This document shows, one piece after another, positions 46,043 through 57,300 of a stretch of DNA of 60,629 nt (position 1 is its first letter; each line of letters opens with the position of its first letter). Origin of the DNA: Methanobacteriaceae archaeon (GTDB lineage Archaea; Methanobacteriota; Methanobacteria; Methanobacteriales; Methanobacteriaceae); the NCBI GenBank assembly GCA_030539615.1, contig JAUNXU010000001.1, forward strand, positions 1 to 60,629. Reading direction: 5' to 3'. The position numbers and the translations under genes are program-made. A model generated the notes under the pieces. It did no database searches, was not told the origin of the DNA, and saw only the letters and a list, made by a program, of their open reading frames with translations.

Positions 46043-47287
46043 ATGGATGAAGGAACCTTAACAGATAATAATGAAAATCATGTAATGTTGTCTGAATTAA
46101 GAACAGAATTAGATGAAATAAAAGAAGAAAAATCTGTTTTAGAAAGAAATCTCACATGGCAAATAAGAAAACTAGAAAAAGACAGAATAATACTTGAAAA
46201 TGATAAATTAAGGTTAGATAGAGAAGTATCTTCTTTAAAAACAGAATTGGAAAGATTTAGAACACCGCCCTTAATAATAGGTACAATTTCTGAAGTATTA
46301 GATGATAACCGGTTAGTAATAAAAAGTAGTACTGGTCCAGTCTTTTTAATAAAATACTCAGATACAGTTTCACCAAATAAAATAGAAGTAGGTTCAAGAG
46401 TAGCATTAAATCAACAAACATTTAGTATAGTTGATATTTTAACTTCTGAAAAAGATCCATTAGTATCTGGAATGGAAGTAGATGAAAAACCAGATGTATG
46501 TTACAATCAAATTGGGGGTTTAGATGATCAAATTATAGAAACAATGGAAACAGTAGAATTACCACTTAAAAAACCAGAATTATTTGATCAAGTTGGAATA
46601 ACCCCTCCAAAAGGAGTTTTATTTTATGGACCTCCGGGAACTGGAAAAACACTTCTAGCAAAAGCAGTAGCACATGAAACCAATGCAACATTTATTAAAA
46701 TTGTAGCATCTGAGTTTGTTAAAAAATATATTGGGGAAGGATCTAGATTAGTAAGAGGAGTTTTTGAATTAGCAAAAGAAAAATCTCCAGCAATAATCTT
46801 TATTGATGAAATAGATGCAATAGCCGCAAAAAGATTACAAAGTTCAACAAGTGGTGATCGTGAAGTTCAAAGAACACTTATGCAACTTTTAGCAGAAATG
46901 GATGGTTTTGAAGCAAGAGGAGATATTGGAATAATAGCTGCAACTAATCGGCCAGATATTCTTGATCCAGCATTATTAAGACCTGGAAGATTTGATAGAA
47001 TAATTGAAGTTCCAACACCTAATGAAGAAGGAAGAAAAGCAATTCTTAAAATTCATACTAAACCAATGTCATTAGCAGAAGATGTTACACTTGATGATTT
47101 ATCTTCAATTACTAAGGAAGCTTCAGGAGCAGATATTAAAGCAATATGTACAGAAGCCGGAATGTTTGCAATAAGGGATGAAAAAACAGAAGTTAATATG
47201 AATAATTTCCAACAAGCAGTTGAAAAGGTAATGAAGAAAAATAAAGGTCGTGAATTACCTAAAGAAGCTGGAGTAATGTTTGGTTAA
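46043..47287 (+). CDS. pan: Proteasome-activating nucleotidase
   Basis: Coiled coil, [23 protein letters not shown]-terminal MFG; ATG 46043 after AGGAGG. Confidence 0.97.
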   Translation: MDEGTLTDNNENHVMLSELRTELDEIKEEKSVLERNLTWQIRKLEKDRIILENDKLRLDREVSSLKTELERFRTPPLIIGTISEVLDDNRLVIKSSTGPVFLIKYSDTVSPNKIEVGSRVALNQQTFSIVDILTSEKDPLVSGMEVDEKPDVCYNQIGGLDDQIIETMETVELPLKKPELFDQVGITPPKGVLFYGPPGTGKTLLAKAVAHETNATFIKIVASEFVKKYIGEGSRLVRGVFELAKEKSPAIIFIDEIDAIAAKRLQSSTSGDREVQRTLMQLLAEMDGFEARGDIGIIAATNRPDILDPALLRPGRFDRIIEVPTPNEEGRKAILKIHTKPMSLAEDVTLDDLSSITKEASGADIKAICTEAGMFAIRDEKTEVNMNNFQQAVEKVMKKNKGRELPKEAGVMFG

Positions 47288-47328
47288 AAATTAATTCATA
47301 TCTCTTTTTTTTATTTTATTAAATTAGA

Positions 47329-47392
47329 ATTAGCCAATGATGAACCCTATGAGCACTGAACAATGATGAATGATGGGCGAGCTGAGGCTAAT
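47329..47392 (+). ncRNA. C/D box guide sRNA
   Basis: ATTAGCC/GGCTAAT terminal stem; C box ATGATGA 47337, D' CTGA 47356, C' ATGATGA 47363, D CTGA 47382; two 12-nt guides. Confidence 0.92.
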
Positions 47393-47405
47393 CTTTTTTA
47401 TAAAA

Positions 47406-48188
47406 TTATTTTATTATTTTACTATTTTTAAGATCTTCTATGGAATGTACTATTATTTTATTTTCTAATTCTTGAATATAAGGTCTTGTTACTAATATAA
47501 CTTTTTTATTAAGTGCTAATGCAGCATTAATTTTATTTTCAGCTCCGCCACTATTACCACTTTCTTTAGTAATTATTCCTATTGTATTATATTCTTCTAA
47601 AATAGCTTTATTTAGTTTTTCAGAATAAGTTCCTTGCATGGCTATAATATTTTCAGGTGGTATTTGATTTTCTAGAGTTTTTGTTATTGAAAAGTTATTT
47701 GGTAGTACTCTTACTATAATTTGTTCTGGTGGTATTTCTTTTACTATGGATGGTAAAGTCATTACTCCTGCTAAGTGCATTATTTTGTCTTCTTTTTTGG
47801 TTAATAATTTTTTTATTGTTATATTTGCTTCTTGGAAATCTTTTACTTTTATTATATTTTTATTTTTAGGTAATATAGTGTTTGGTCTTTCAAAACGGAT
47901 GTATTTTATATTTGTTTTTTCTGTTGTTTTTATAGCAGTTTGTGTTGCTATTTTTGCAAATGGGTGTGTTGCATCTATTAATAATTCTATATTTTTTTCT
48001 TCTATAAGTTTACTGAAATCTTCAATTTTCAATGCTTTAGATATAGTTTCATTTGCCCCTGCTTTTTTTGCTATATCTGCACCATAGTCTGTAATTGTTG
48101 TTGCGATAATGAAATTATTTTCATCTTCATGTAAAAACTTTATTATTCTTGTTGCATCAGATGTACCAGCCATTACTAATATTCTCAT
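47406..48188 (-). CDS. cobK: Precorrin-6A/cobalt-precorrin-6A reductase
   Basis: MAGTSDA, IDATHPFA, RFERP, RVLP, ITKESG. Confidence 0.94.
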   Translation of the reverse strand: MRILVMAGTSDATRIIKFLHEDENNFIIATTITDYGADIAKKAGANETISKALKIEDFSKLIEEKNIELLIDATHPFAKIATQTAIKTTEKTNIKYIRFERPNTILPKNKNIIKVKDFQEANITIKKLLTKKEDKIMHLAGVMTLPSIVKEIPPEQIIVRVLPNNFSITKTLENQIPPENIIAMQGTYSEKLNKAILEEYNTIGIITKESGNSGGAENKINAALALNKKVILVTRPYIQELENKIIVHSIEDLKNSKIIK

Positions 48189-48235
48189 TTTATCATTTTT
48201 CTCCTTTTTTATTAATATTTTTGAATTTATTTTTC

Positions 48236-49012
48236 TTATTTTAAAATTTTTTCTAACTTGTTATTATAAATTGAATAATCTTTATCTGTAAATACATTAA
48301 ATATAATATGTTCTATTTGATTATAATCTAAATATTCATTTATTGTTTTTATAGCAATTGTTGCTGCTTTATCATTTGGAAAATTAAATGCACCTGTTGA
48401 AATACATGGAAATGCAATAGATGACAATTTATTTTCTAACAAAGTATCTAAACATGATTTATAACAATTTACTAATTGTTCACATTGATACTTAGTTAAT
48501 TTATCAGTAATATTTGGTCCTACTGTATGAATAATATATTTACAAGGTAAATTATATCCTTTTGTAATTTTTACCAAGCCTATTTTTTCTAAATGACCCT
48601 GTTTTTCAATAATTTTATTACAATCATCTCTTAATTGTATTCCTGAAGCAGAATGAATTTCATTGTCAATACACATATGATTAGGATCCCTACAACCAAG
48701 TAACTTATTATTTGCTGCATTAACAATTGCATCAATTTTAAGTCTAGTAATATCACCTTTCCATAATGAAATTTTATTTGTTGATTTAATCTCTTTTAAA
48801 TTCACTATTTTCTTTTGGATAGTTTCATAAGTTAAAAGAGAATCTTGAACTTTAATAAGTTCTTCATTATAAGGAATTGGTGGTCTAATATTCATTAAAC
48901 CACGTAGTAATTCACGTTTTTTAGTATAATCTTTAGGAATAGTAATATCTGTTATGAATTTTTCTTCTAAAAATGCATTAATTAAAAAATCTATTTTTTC
49001 ATTGTTATTCAT
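48236..49012 (-). CDS. Macrodomain ADP-ribosylhydrolase, Zn-Macro type
   Basis: GDIT, DAIVNAAN, GCRDPNHMCID, HTVGP, FPCISTGAF. Confidence 0.92.
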   Translation of the reverse strand: MNNNEKIDFLINAFLEEKFITDITIPKDYTKKRELLRGLMNIRPPIPYNEELIKVQDSLLTYETIQKKIVNLKEIKSTNKISLWKGDITRLKIDAIVNAANNKLLGCRDPNHMCIDNEIHSASGIQLRDDCNKIIEKQGHLEKIGLVKITKGYNLPCKYIIHTVGPNITDKLTKYQCEQLVNCYKSCLDTLLENKLSSIAFPCISTGAFNFPNDKAATIAIKTINEYLDYNQIEHIIFNVFTDKDYSIYNNKLEKILK

Positions 49013-49089
49013 TAATTAAACCTTCATTAAGCTTCTATTTAAAAAAATAATTTATAATGGGTGGTGAAGATAAAAGAATATAAACTGAT

Positions 49090-51630
49090 TTAATCTATAA
49101 TTCTTTTCTCAATAACTTTTATAATTTCTTCGGCTATGATTATTGTAGCTGCAATACAAATCATTATCACCCAATAATTTAAAGGTATACTAACAGTACC
49201 AAATATTGTTTGTAAAACAGGAATATATATAGCACAAAGTTGTAATATAAATGAAGCTATTACTGATATTATCAATGTTTTATTTTCAAAACCATGTGTA
49301 GCTTTACAATTAAACACATTAAATAACTGAAACATAATAAATAAAGTAAATGCAATAGTAGATGCTAATTTAATTGGTGTTCCTACAGATAATTCATATA
49401 AATATAATCCTAAAGTTCCAACTGCCATTACAAGACTTATTAATACAATATGTATAATTGTAGGTTTAGATAATATATCTTCTTTTTGAGGAGATTTTTT
49501 CATTATATTTTGAGGAGATGGTTCTACTCCTAATGATTGAGCTGGAGGACCATCCATAATTATATTTATCCATAACAATTGCACGGGATTAAATGGTATT
49601 GGAGCACTTATAATAGTTGTTGTTAATATTGTTAATATAGCAGCTATGTTGGTTGATAATTGAAATCTAATAAATCTTTTAATATTTTCAAATATTGTTC
49701 TTCCTTCTTTTACAGCAGTTACTATTGTTGCAAAATTATCATCTTGTAATATCATATCACTTGATTGTTTTGCTACATCAGTACCAGATCCCATAGCAAC
49801 TCCAATATTTGCATTTTTTAATGCAGGAGCATCATTTACTCCATCACCAGTCATAGACACAATTTCATCATTTTCTTTTAAAGCATTTACTATACGAACT
49901 TTTTGTTCTGGAAACACTCTTGCATATACATTTACTTCTTTAATCTTTTCTGATAATTCTTCATCACTTAATTGATCTATTTCATAACCTGTTAATGTTA
50001 ATTCAGAATTTTTTATATTGACTTTTTTAGCTATTGCTGAAGCAGTTTCTGGATGATCTCCTGTAATCATTTTAACATTGATTTTTGCATCACTACATGT
50101 TTTTATTGCTTTTTTAGCTGCATCTCTTGGTGGATCCATCATTCCAACTAATCCTACAAAGATTAGATTGTCTTCAATTTCTTCATCACTTAATTTAGTA
50201 TAATCAGATGTTGTTTTATATGCTAATAAGAGTACTCGTAATGCATTATTAGTAAACTGATTTAGTTTATCTTTAATTTGATTTTTTTCAATATTATTGA
50301 GTTGTGTTATTTTTCCATCTTTATTTATTTGTGTACATTTATCAATTAATATTTCCGGTGCTCCTTTTACTAGAACATACTCTTGGTTATCAATTGATGT
50401 TATAGTTGTCATTCGTTTTCTTGAACTATCTAATGGGATTTCATATAATCGTTCATATTTAACTTTTTGATTTTCTTTCAGGTCATACTTATTTTTTTTA
50501 GCATATTTTAATAATGATATATCTGTAGGATCACCTATTTCTTTATCATTATCTATTTTTCCATTATTACAAAATCCCGCTACTTTATATGATAACTCTT
50601 CATTTGTTAAATAAGAATCTGTTACTGTTAATTGATTTAAAGTTAATGTTCCAGTTTTATCAGTACAGATTACTGTACAAGATCCAAGAGTTTCAACAGC
50701 TAATAATTTTCTAACTATAGCATTACTTTTTGCCATTCTTTGCATACCGAATGCTAATGTTAATGTTAATATTGTTGGTAATCCTTCAGGTATGGCTGCA
50801 ACAGCTAATGATACAGCTGTCATAAATGTTTCAACTAATGGAATCCCATTTAAAAATTGAATAACAAATATTACAGCACAAATTAATATTCCAAGTAATC
50901 CTAATGTTTGACCTAATTTACTAATTTTTATTTGAAGTGGAGTTTCTGATTCTTTATTTTGAATCATTTCAGCAATTTTACCTATTTTAGTATTCATTCC
51001 AGTAGCAATAACAACTCCTTTTCCTCGTCCCATTGTTATTTCTGTATTCATGTATCCTAGGTTATCATAAGTTGTATTAGTTTCATCTTCATTATTTATA
51101 ATTGTATCTGTTTTACTTACAGGTAACGATTCTCCAGTTAAAGATGATTCATTAACTTTAAGATTTAAATTTTCTATTATTCGAATATCGGCTGATATTT
51201 GATCTCCTTCTTCTAATATTAAAATATCACCTACAACTAAATTTTCAGCATTAATTTCTTGTTTTTTATTATCTCTAAGAACAATAGCTTTCTTTGTAGT
51301 CATAGATTTTAATTGTTCCATTGCATTTTCAGCTTTATTTTCTTGATTATAACCTATTATTGCATTTAATAATACAACAAATAAGATGACACTTCCATCA
51401 ATAATATCATTTATGATAATTGCTATTACACCAGCAATTATTAATAATATCATTAAGGGTTCAGTAAATTGAGTAAGAAATTTTTTAATATTACTCTCTT
51501 TTTTTTCTTCTTTTAAAACATTTTGACCATATTTTTCAATTCTTTTGGTTGCTTCTTTAGTTGAAATTCCTTTTTCATTAGAATCTAATTTTTTTAGAAT
51601 ATTTTTTGTAGATTCATTGTAATAATCCAT
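49090..51630 (-). CDS. P-type (P2A, Ca2+-like) cation-transporting ATPase
   Basis: TGES, PEGL, DKTGT, KGAPE, TGDGVNDAP. Confidence 0.95.
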   Translation of the reverse strand: MDYYNESTKNILKKLDSNEKGISTKEATKRIEKYGQNVLKEEKKESNIKKFLTQFTEPLMILLIIAGVIAIIINDIIDGSVILFVVLLNAIIGYNQENKAENAMEQLKSMTTKKAIVLRDNKKQEINAENLVVGDILILEEGDQISADIRIIENLNLKVNESSLTGESLPVSKTDTIINNEDETNTTYDNLGYMNTEITMGRGKGVVIATGMNTKIGKIAEMIQNKESETPLQIKISKLGQTLGLLGILICAVIFVIQFLNGIPLVETFMTAVSLAVAAIPEGLPTILTLTLAFGMQRMAKSNAIVRKLLAVETLGSCTVICTDKTGTLTLNQLTVTDSYLTNEELSYKVAGFCNNGKIDNDKEIGDPTDISLLKYAKKNKYDLKENQKVKYERLYEIPLDSSRKRMTTITSIDNQEYVLVKGAPEILIDKCTQINKDGKITQLNNIEKNQIKDKLNQFTNNALRVLLLAYKTTSDYTKLSDEEIEDNLIFVGLVGMMDPPRDAAKKAIKTCSDAKINVKMITGDHPETASAIAKKVNIKNSELTLTGYEIDQLSDEELSEKIKEVNVYARVFPEQKVRIVNALKENDEIVSMTGDGVNDAPALKNANIGVAMGSGTDVAKQSSDMILQDDNFATIVTAVKEGRTIFENIKRFIRFQLSTNIAAILTILTTTIISAPIPFNPVQLLWINIIMDGPPAQSLGVEPSPQNIMKKSPQKEDILSKPTIIHIVLISLVMAVGTLGLYLYELSVGTPIKLASTIAFTLFIMFQLFNVFNCKATHGFENKTLIISVIASFILQLCAIYIPVLQTIFGTVSIPLNYWVIMICIAATIIIAEEIIKVIEKRIID

Positions 51631-52035
51631 TTATTTACCTCCTTTTTTTAAATAAAATGAAGTTTTTTTATAATTTATTAATTTAAATTTATTTCTTATT
51701 GTTATATTTAGAAATTCTGAAGAATAAGGTTTTATTATAAGGTCAGTATCTATCTTATCAGATAATTTAACCATATATGGTTGTAATTCTTCAGGTGGTC
51801 TTATTGAATATAACAAATCAGCATTTTCATATAATTCTATTTTGGGATTTGTTATATCATCTATTATATTATTATTTGTAAATTTAATATCTGTTAGTAA
51901 TATATTTCCTTTTATTTTTTTTTCAATATCTTCAGCTGTCTTTGTATAATTTCCAACAGCTATTTCAATAATTTTATTTGCATCTTTATAATTTTTTATT
52001 ATGTATTCTGAAAAACTATTCCATGAATTAACCAT
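51631..52035 (-). CDS. UPF0146 family protein
   Basis: IEIAVG, DDI..P, YSIRPPEEL. Confidence 0.88.
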   Translation of the reverse strand: MVNSWNSFSEYIIKNYKDANKIIEIAVGNYTKTAEDIEKKIKGNILLTDIKFTNNNIIDDITNPKIELYENADLLYSIRPPEELQPYMVKLSDKIDTDLIIKPYSSEFLNITIRNKFKLINYKKTSFYLKKGGK

Positions 52036-52216
52036 ATTATCATTTATTTATATTTCATTACATTTCTTTTTTATTAGTTATTATAATATATTATTTGTAT
52101 ATGATTAATTTTTATAAAAATAGTATATAATCATATTAATTATCTTAAATAATAAAACATATAAAAATCATATAATAATTAATAAAAATATTAAATAAAT
52201 GTTTTGGATTTTTTTT

Positions 52217-52669
52217 ATGTTTATTAGAAAATTTAATTTATCAGATTTAGAACGTGTTATTGCAATAGAAAAAGAAGTATTTACAGATCCATATCCTTCA
52301 GGAATCTTAGAAGAATTATATAATTTTGGTGCAGGTTTTTTAGTTGTTGAAAAAAAAGAACTTGTTGTAGGATTTATTGTATTTTGGATTAAAAATGATT
52401 GTGAAGGTCATATTATATCTTTAGCTGTAGATTCTAAATATCAACATGAAGGTGTTGGTTCATTACTTGTTACAACATCTTTAAATGTTTTAAAGTCATT
52501 AAATTTAAAAAGTATTCAATTAGAAGTTCGTAAATCAAATATAATTGCACGTCAATTTTATAAAAAACATGATTTTGTAGAAGATGAATATTTAATAAAT
52601 TATTATGATGATGGGGAAGTTGGAATATTAATGAAATATAATAAACTTAATCATTATAAATGTTATTAA
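52217..52669 (+). CDS. rimI: RimI/Ard1-like N-acetyltransferase
   Basis: GHIISLAV, GVGSLL, LEVRKSN, NYYDDGE. Confidence 0.88.
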   Translation: MFIRKFNLSDLERVIAIEKEVFTDPYPSGILEELYNFGAGFLVVEKKELVVGFIVFWIKNDCEGHIISLAVDSKYQHEGVGSLLVTTSLNVLKSLNLKSIQLEVRKSNIIARQFYKKHDFVEDEYLINYYDDGEVGILMKYNKLNHYKCY

Positions 52670-52838
52670 ATTAAATAGTAACTTTTTTTTAATAGTATAA
52701 TTAAATATATTATATAGTTCTAAGTAATGATAAAAAATAAAAGGATAAGTTGAATATTTTTTTATTTTTACTTAATTTAAAAGATGAAAAATATTGCCTT
52801 AGAAAGAATATAAAAATAATAAGGGGTTTTAGAAAATA

Positions 52839-53915
52839 ATGAGTATTGCAAAATTAGCATTAGAAGATGGGACAATATTAATTGGTGAGGGTTTCGGAGC
52901 AAAAACAACACATTCTGGAGAAATTGTATTTTCAACATCAATGACTGGATATGTTGAAGCATTAACAGATCCATCATATAAAGGACAAATATTAATGGCT
53001 ACTTATCCATTACAAGGAAATTATGGAGTATCTCATGATTGGTTTCAATCAGAAGATGTTAAAGTAGAGGCATTTGTAACAAGACAAATATGTTATAATC
53101 CAACACATCACAAATCTGAAATATCATTACCAGATTTTCTTAAAGAAGAAGGAATACCTGGAATTAGTGGAATAGATACTAGAAAATTAACTTTAAAAAT
53201 TAGAGAACATGGATCTATGAAAGCAGCAGTATCAACAGAAGATATTAGTGATGAAAAACTATTAAAAATTGTAAATGATCAAGAAAATCTTCAAGATATG
53301 CAATTAGTAAAAGATTTAACAGTAAAAGAACCAAAGATTTTTAATGAAAATGGGAAATATACCATTGCTTTAATTGATTGTGGTGTAAAATATAATATGA
53401 TAAATGAACTTGTAAAACGAGACTGTAAAGTAATACAAGTACCTTCATCAATAACATCTGAGGAATTATTATCTTATGGGATAGATGGTGTAATGTTATC
53501 TAGTGGTCCTGGAAATCCTGAAAATGTTGACAATGTTCAAGAAACAATAAAATCCATATCTGACAAAGTACCAATATATGGTATTTGTCTTGGAATGCAA
53601 ATAATTGCATTAGCTCATGGAGCAACAACATATAAAATGAAATTTGGACATAGAGGATCAAATCAACCTGTTAAGAATGTAACTACTGGTAAAGTTAGTA
53701 TAACTTCTCAAAATCATAGTTTTGCAATTGATAAAGATTCTTTAGAAGGTACTGGTTTTGAAATAACTCATGTTAATTTAAATGATGGAACTCCTGAAGG
53801 ATTAAAACATGAAACATTACCAATAGCATGCATGCAATACCATCCTGAAGCAGGACCTGGACCTCATGATACTAAAATATTCTTTGATGATTTTTTAAGT
53901 AATATGGATAAGTAA
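52839..53915 (+). CDS. carA: Carbamoyl-phosphate synthase small subunit
   Basis: LTDPSY.GQ, SGPG.P, GICLG, QYHPEA.PGP. Confidence 0.97.
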   Translation: MSIAKLALEDGTILIGEGFGAKTTHSGEIVFSTSMTGYVEALTDPSYKGQILMATYPLQGNYGVSHDWFQSEDVKVEAFVTRQICYNPTHHKSEISLPDFLKEEGIPGISGIDTRKLTLKIREHGSMKAAVSTEDISDEKLLKIVNDQENLQDMQLVKDLTVKEPKIFNENGKYTIALIDCGVKYNMINELVKRDCKVIQVPSSITSEELLSYGIDGVMLSSGPGNPENVDNVQETIKSISDKVPIYGICLGMQIIALAHGATTYKMKFGHRGSNQPVKNVTTGKVSITSQNHSFAIDKDSLEGTGFEITHVNLNDGTPEGLKHETLPIACMQYHPEAGPGPHDTKIFFDDFLSNMDK

Positions 53916-53950
53916 TAATACATTATTCATTATTTTTTATTTTATTTTAT

Positions 53951-54062
53951 TGGAATGTGGCAAAAGTTCAATTTGTTAAATAAAAAGATTAAGAAACATC
54001 TTTATTTATCAAATTTAAAAAGAAAATTTTTTTTTTTAAAAATGACTTTTGATAGAACATTC
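53951..54062 (-). mobile_element. MITE-like dispersed repeat, copy 4 (degenerate)
   Basis: GTGGCAAAAGTTCAATTTGTTAAATAAAAAGA...AAATGACTTTTGATAG matches the reverse complement of copies 1 and 2. Confidence 0.6.
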
Positions 54063-54334
54063 TTATTTTTTTTTAGGTTATGACTTTTTTTGAGTTAATA
54101 TTTTATGGTAAATATTATAATTGACTTTATTTAGTTAATTTCAAGGCTTGTTCAAAAAATTATAATAATCAATTTAAATAGATTAAATAACATAATTAAG
54201 TATACGAAAGATAATAGATTATAATATATGAATAGTATTATTAATAGAAAAAAATTTACAAGAGACATGGAAAAAAACAATATAACTAAAACAGATAGTA
54301 TTTTTTTTATTAATATATGGGGAGTGAAATTGTA

Positions 54335-57300
54335 ATGGTTTTTAATAATGAGGGTGCATATGTGGAATTTTTAACAGGGCGTAAAAACAGTGATAATAAA
54401 AATAATAATTATATAAAATTTAATATAGATAAAGATTTAAAATCTACAATAAATTCTTTAAAAACTACTGAAAAGATTAATCAAAATATCATATACCTTA
54501 GTACTTTTTTATTAATGATTCATAGATATACTCGAACTGAAGACCTTGTTATTGGTATTGATGATAATAAAATTTCAAGCACTATTGAAGTAGTACTTGA
54601 TAATAATAAAACATTTGCTGAGTTATTACAAGAAGTTAATACTATTTATAAGACTATTACTGAAGATTCAAATAATAATACATCTCAAAATATTAATGTA
54701 CTTTTTGTTAATGATAAAAACTATTTAGATAATCCTAATATTGATCTTGTATTAAATGTTGGTATAGCTGATGATTTAACTTTAGTATATTCTGAAGGTC
54801 TTTTTGAATGGAATACTATGAAATACATGGTTGAACATTATAAAACTTTATTAAAAAATTGTGTTTCAAATCCAGATACTATATTAACTGATTGTAGTAT
54901 GTTGTCTGATGAAGAATTAGATTTAATACTTAATAAATTCAATGATTATACTGCAGATATTCCTGAGGGAACTACTGTTATTAGTTTATTTGAGCAAATG
55001 GTCAAAGAAAATCCTGATAGTATAGCAGTACTATTTGAAGATGATAAATTAACATATGAAGAATTTAATAAAAAAGTTAATAGTTTTGCACATAAACTTC
55101 GTGATTTAGGAGTTAAACCTGATGATCGTGTGTGTATATTTGTTAAACGTAGTATTGAAATGATTATTGGAATGTTTGCAATACTTAAAGCTGGTGGAGG
55201 TTATGTTCCTTTAGATCCAACATATCCAAAGACTCGTATTGAATATATATTAAATGATTCAGAATCAAAAGTAATTTTAAGTCATAGTGAAGTGGATATG
55301 GATTTAACTCCATGGGATATTCCTGTATTAAATTTATTTGATGAATCAAATTTTAATGGAAATACAGAAAATCTTCCTAAAGTAAATAAACCTACAGATT
55401 TATGTTATATTATATATACATCAGGTACTACAGGTAATCCTAAAGGAGTAATGTTAGAACATAGAAATATTGTTAATTATGCTTATGCTAATGATGGAGT
55501 TTATGGATTAGTAAAAGGTGATCGTGTATTACAATTTGCAAATGTTGTATTTGATGTTTCTGTTTCAGAAACTCTTAATCCATTAATGCTTGGTGCTACA
55601 ATAGTATTAGTTTCACAAGATAAAATATTAGAACCCCGCAAATTAGCAAAATATTGTGCTGATAAAAAAGTAACCGTAGCTCAATTTACACCACAATATT
55701 TCAATAATATTAATGTAAAAATACCAAAAATAATGACTTCAGGTGATGCTGCTTCAAAGAAAACTCTTAATCAAGTACCAGCAGATAGTACTTATATAAA
55801 TTCCTATGGTCCTACAGAAACAACAATTATTTCTACTTACTGGAAATATGATAAAGACAAAAGAGTACCTGAAAATATTCCTGTAGGAAAACCAATAGTT
55901 AATGTTCAATTTTATATATTAAATGAAGGTAAATTATGTGGTATTGGAGTTCCAGGTGAAATATGTACTGCTGGTGAATGTGTAGCTAGAGGATATAGGA
56001 ATATGCCTGAATTAACAGAGAAATCATTTGTTGATAATCCTTATGGTGAAGGTAAATTATATCATACAGGAGATTTAGGTGAATGGAGATCTGATGGTAA
56101 TCTTTTATGCTTTGGACGTATAGATGATCAAGTTAAAATTAGAGGTTTCAGAATAGAATTGGGTGAAGTTGAAAGTAGGTTAGTTGAAATACCTGAAATT
56201 GGTAAAGCTGCAGTAACAACTATTAAAGGAACAACAGATGAACTTGCAATTTGTGCATATTATACATCTAAAACAGGTAAATTAGATACTAATAATATTG
56301 AAAAACAACTATTAAAAACATTACCTGAATATATGATTCCATCATATTATATGCAATTAGATGAAATGCCATTAAATCATAATGGTAAAATTAGTAAGAA
56401 AGATCTTCCAAAAATGGAAGTTACAAGTTCACAAGATTATGAACCACCTTCTAAAAAATCAGAAAAATTATTAGTAAATGCTTTTGAAAATATTTTAGGA
56501 GTTAAAAAAGTAGGTTTAAATGATAGTTTCTTCCAATTAGGTGGGGATTCTATTAAAGCTATTAGAATTACTTCTTATATTCAACAAAAAGGGCATAGTT
56601 TAACTGTTAATGATATAATGAAAGGCAAAATAGTTAAAGATATTGCAAAAAAAATTGTTAAAGAAAAATTAGAATTTGAAGAACAGGAAAAAATTACAGG
56701 AGAAGTATTATTAACTCCTATAGAATATCATTTCTTTAATCAAAAACTAGAGAATCCTAATTATTATAATCAATCACAATTACTAAGTTCAGATGATAAA
56801 TTGTCATATGAAACTATTGAAAAAATATTTGATAATCTAGTTTTACATCATGACATGTTAAGAGCATATTATCCTGAAAATAAACAAATAATTAGATCAA
56901 ATACAGATAATATTTATAAATTAACTGAATATGATATTGAAAATACTGATGAAATTGATAGTTTAGCAGAAAAACTACAAGAAAGTTTAAATATTAATGA
57001 AGGTTCATTAATAAAAGTAGGATTATTCCATACAAGTTCAAAAGATTATCTTTTTATTGTAATGCACCATTTAATAATTGATGGTATATCTTGGAGAATA
57101 TTAAAAGAAGATATAGAAACAATATATTCTCAAATAAAAAATAATAAAAAGATTAAATTACCATATAAATCTAATTCATTTAAAAAATGGGCTAATATTG
57201 TTGATAAATATAGTACTAGTTATCAATTAAAAAAGCAAATACCATATTGGCAAACAGTAATAAGTAAAATATCTGATGGAAATTTACCTAAAAAAGATGT

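Noticed and set aside
52839-53915. carA without an adjacent carB, or as part of the NRPS cluster
   Set aside because: Separate carA and carB genes are common in archaea, and carA is separated from the NRPS by a T-tract and a MITE
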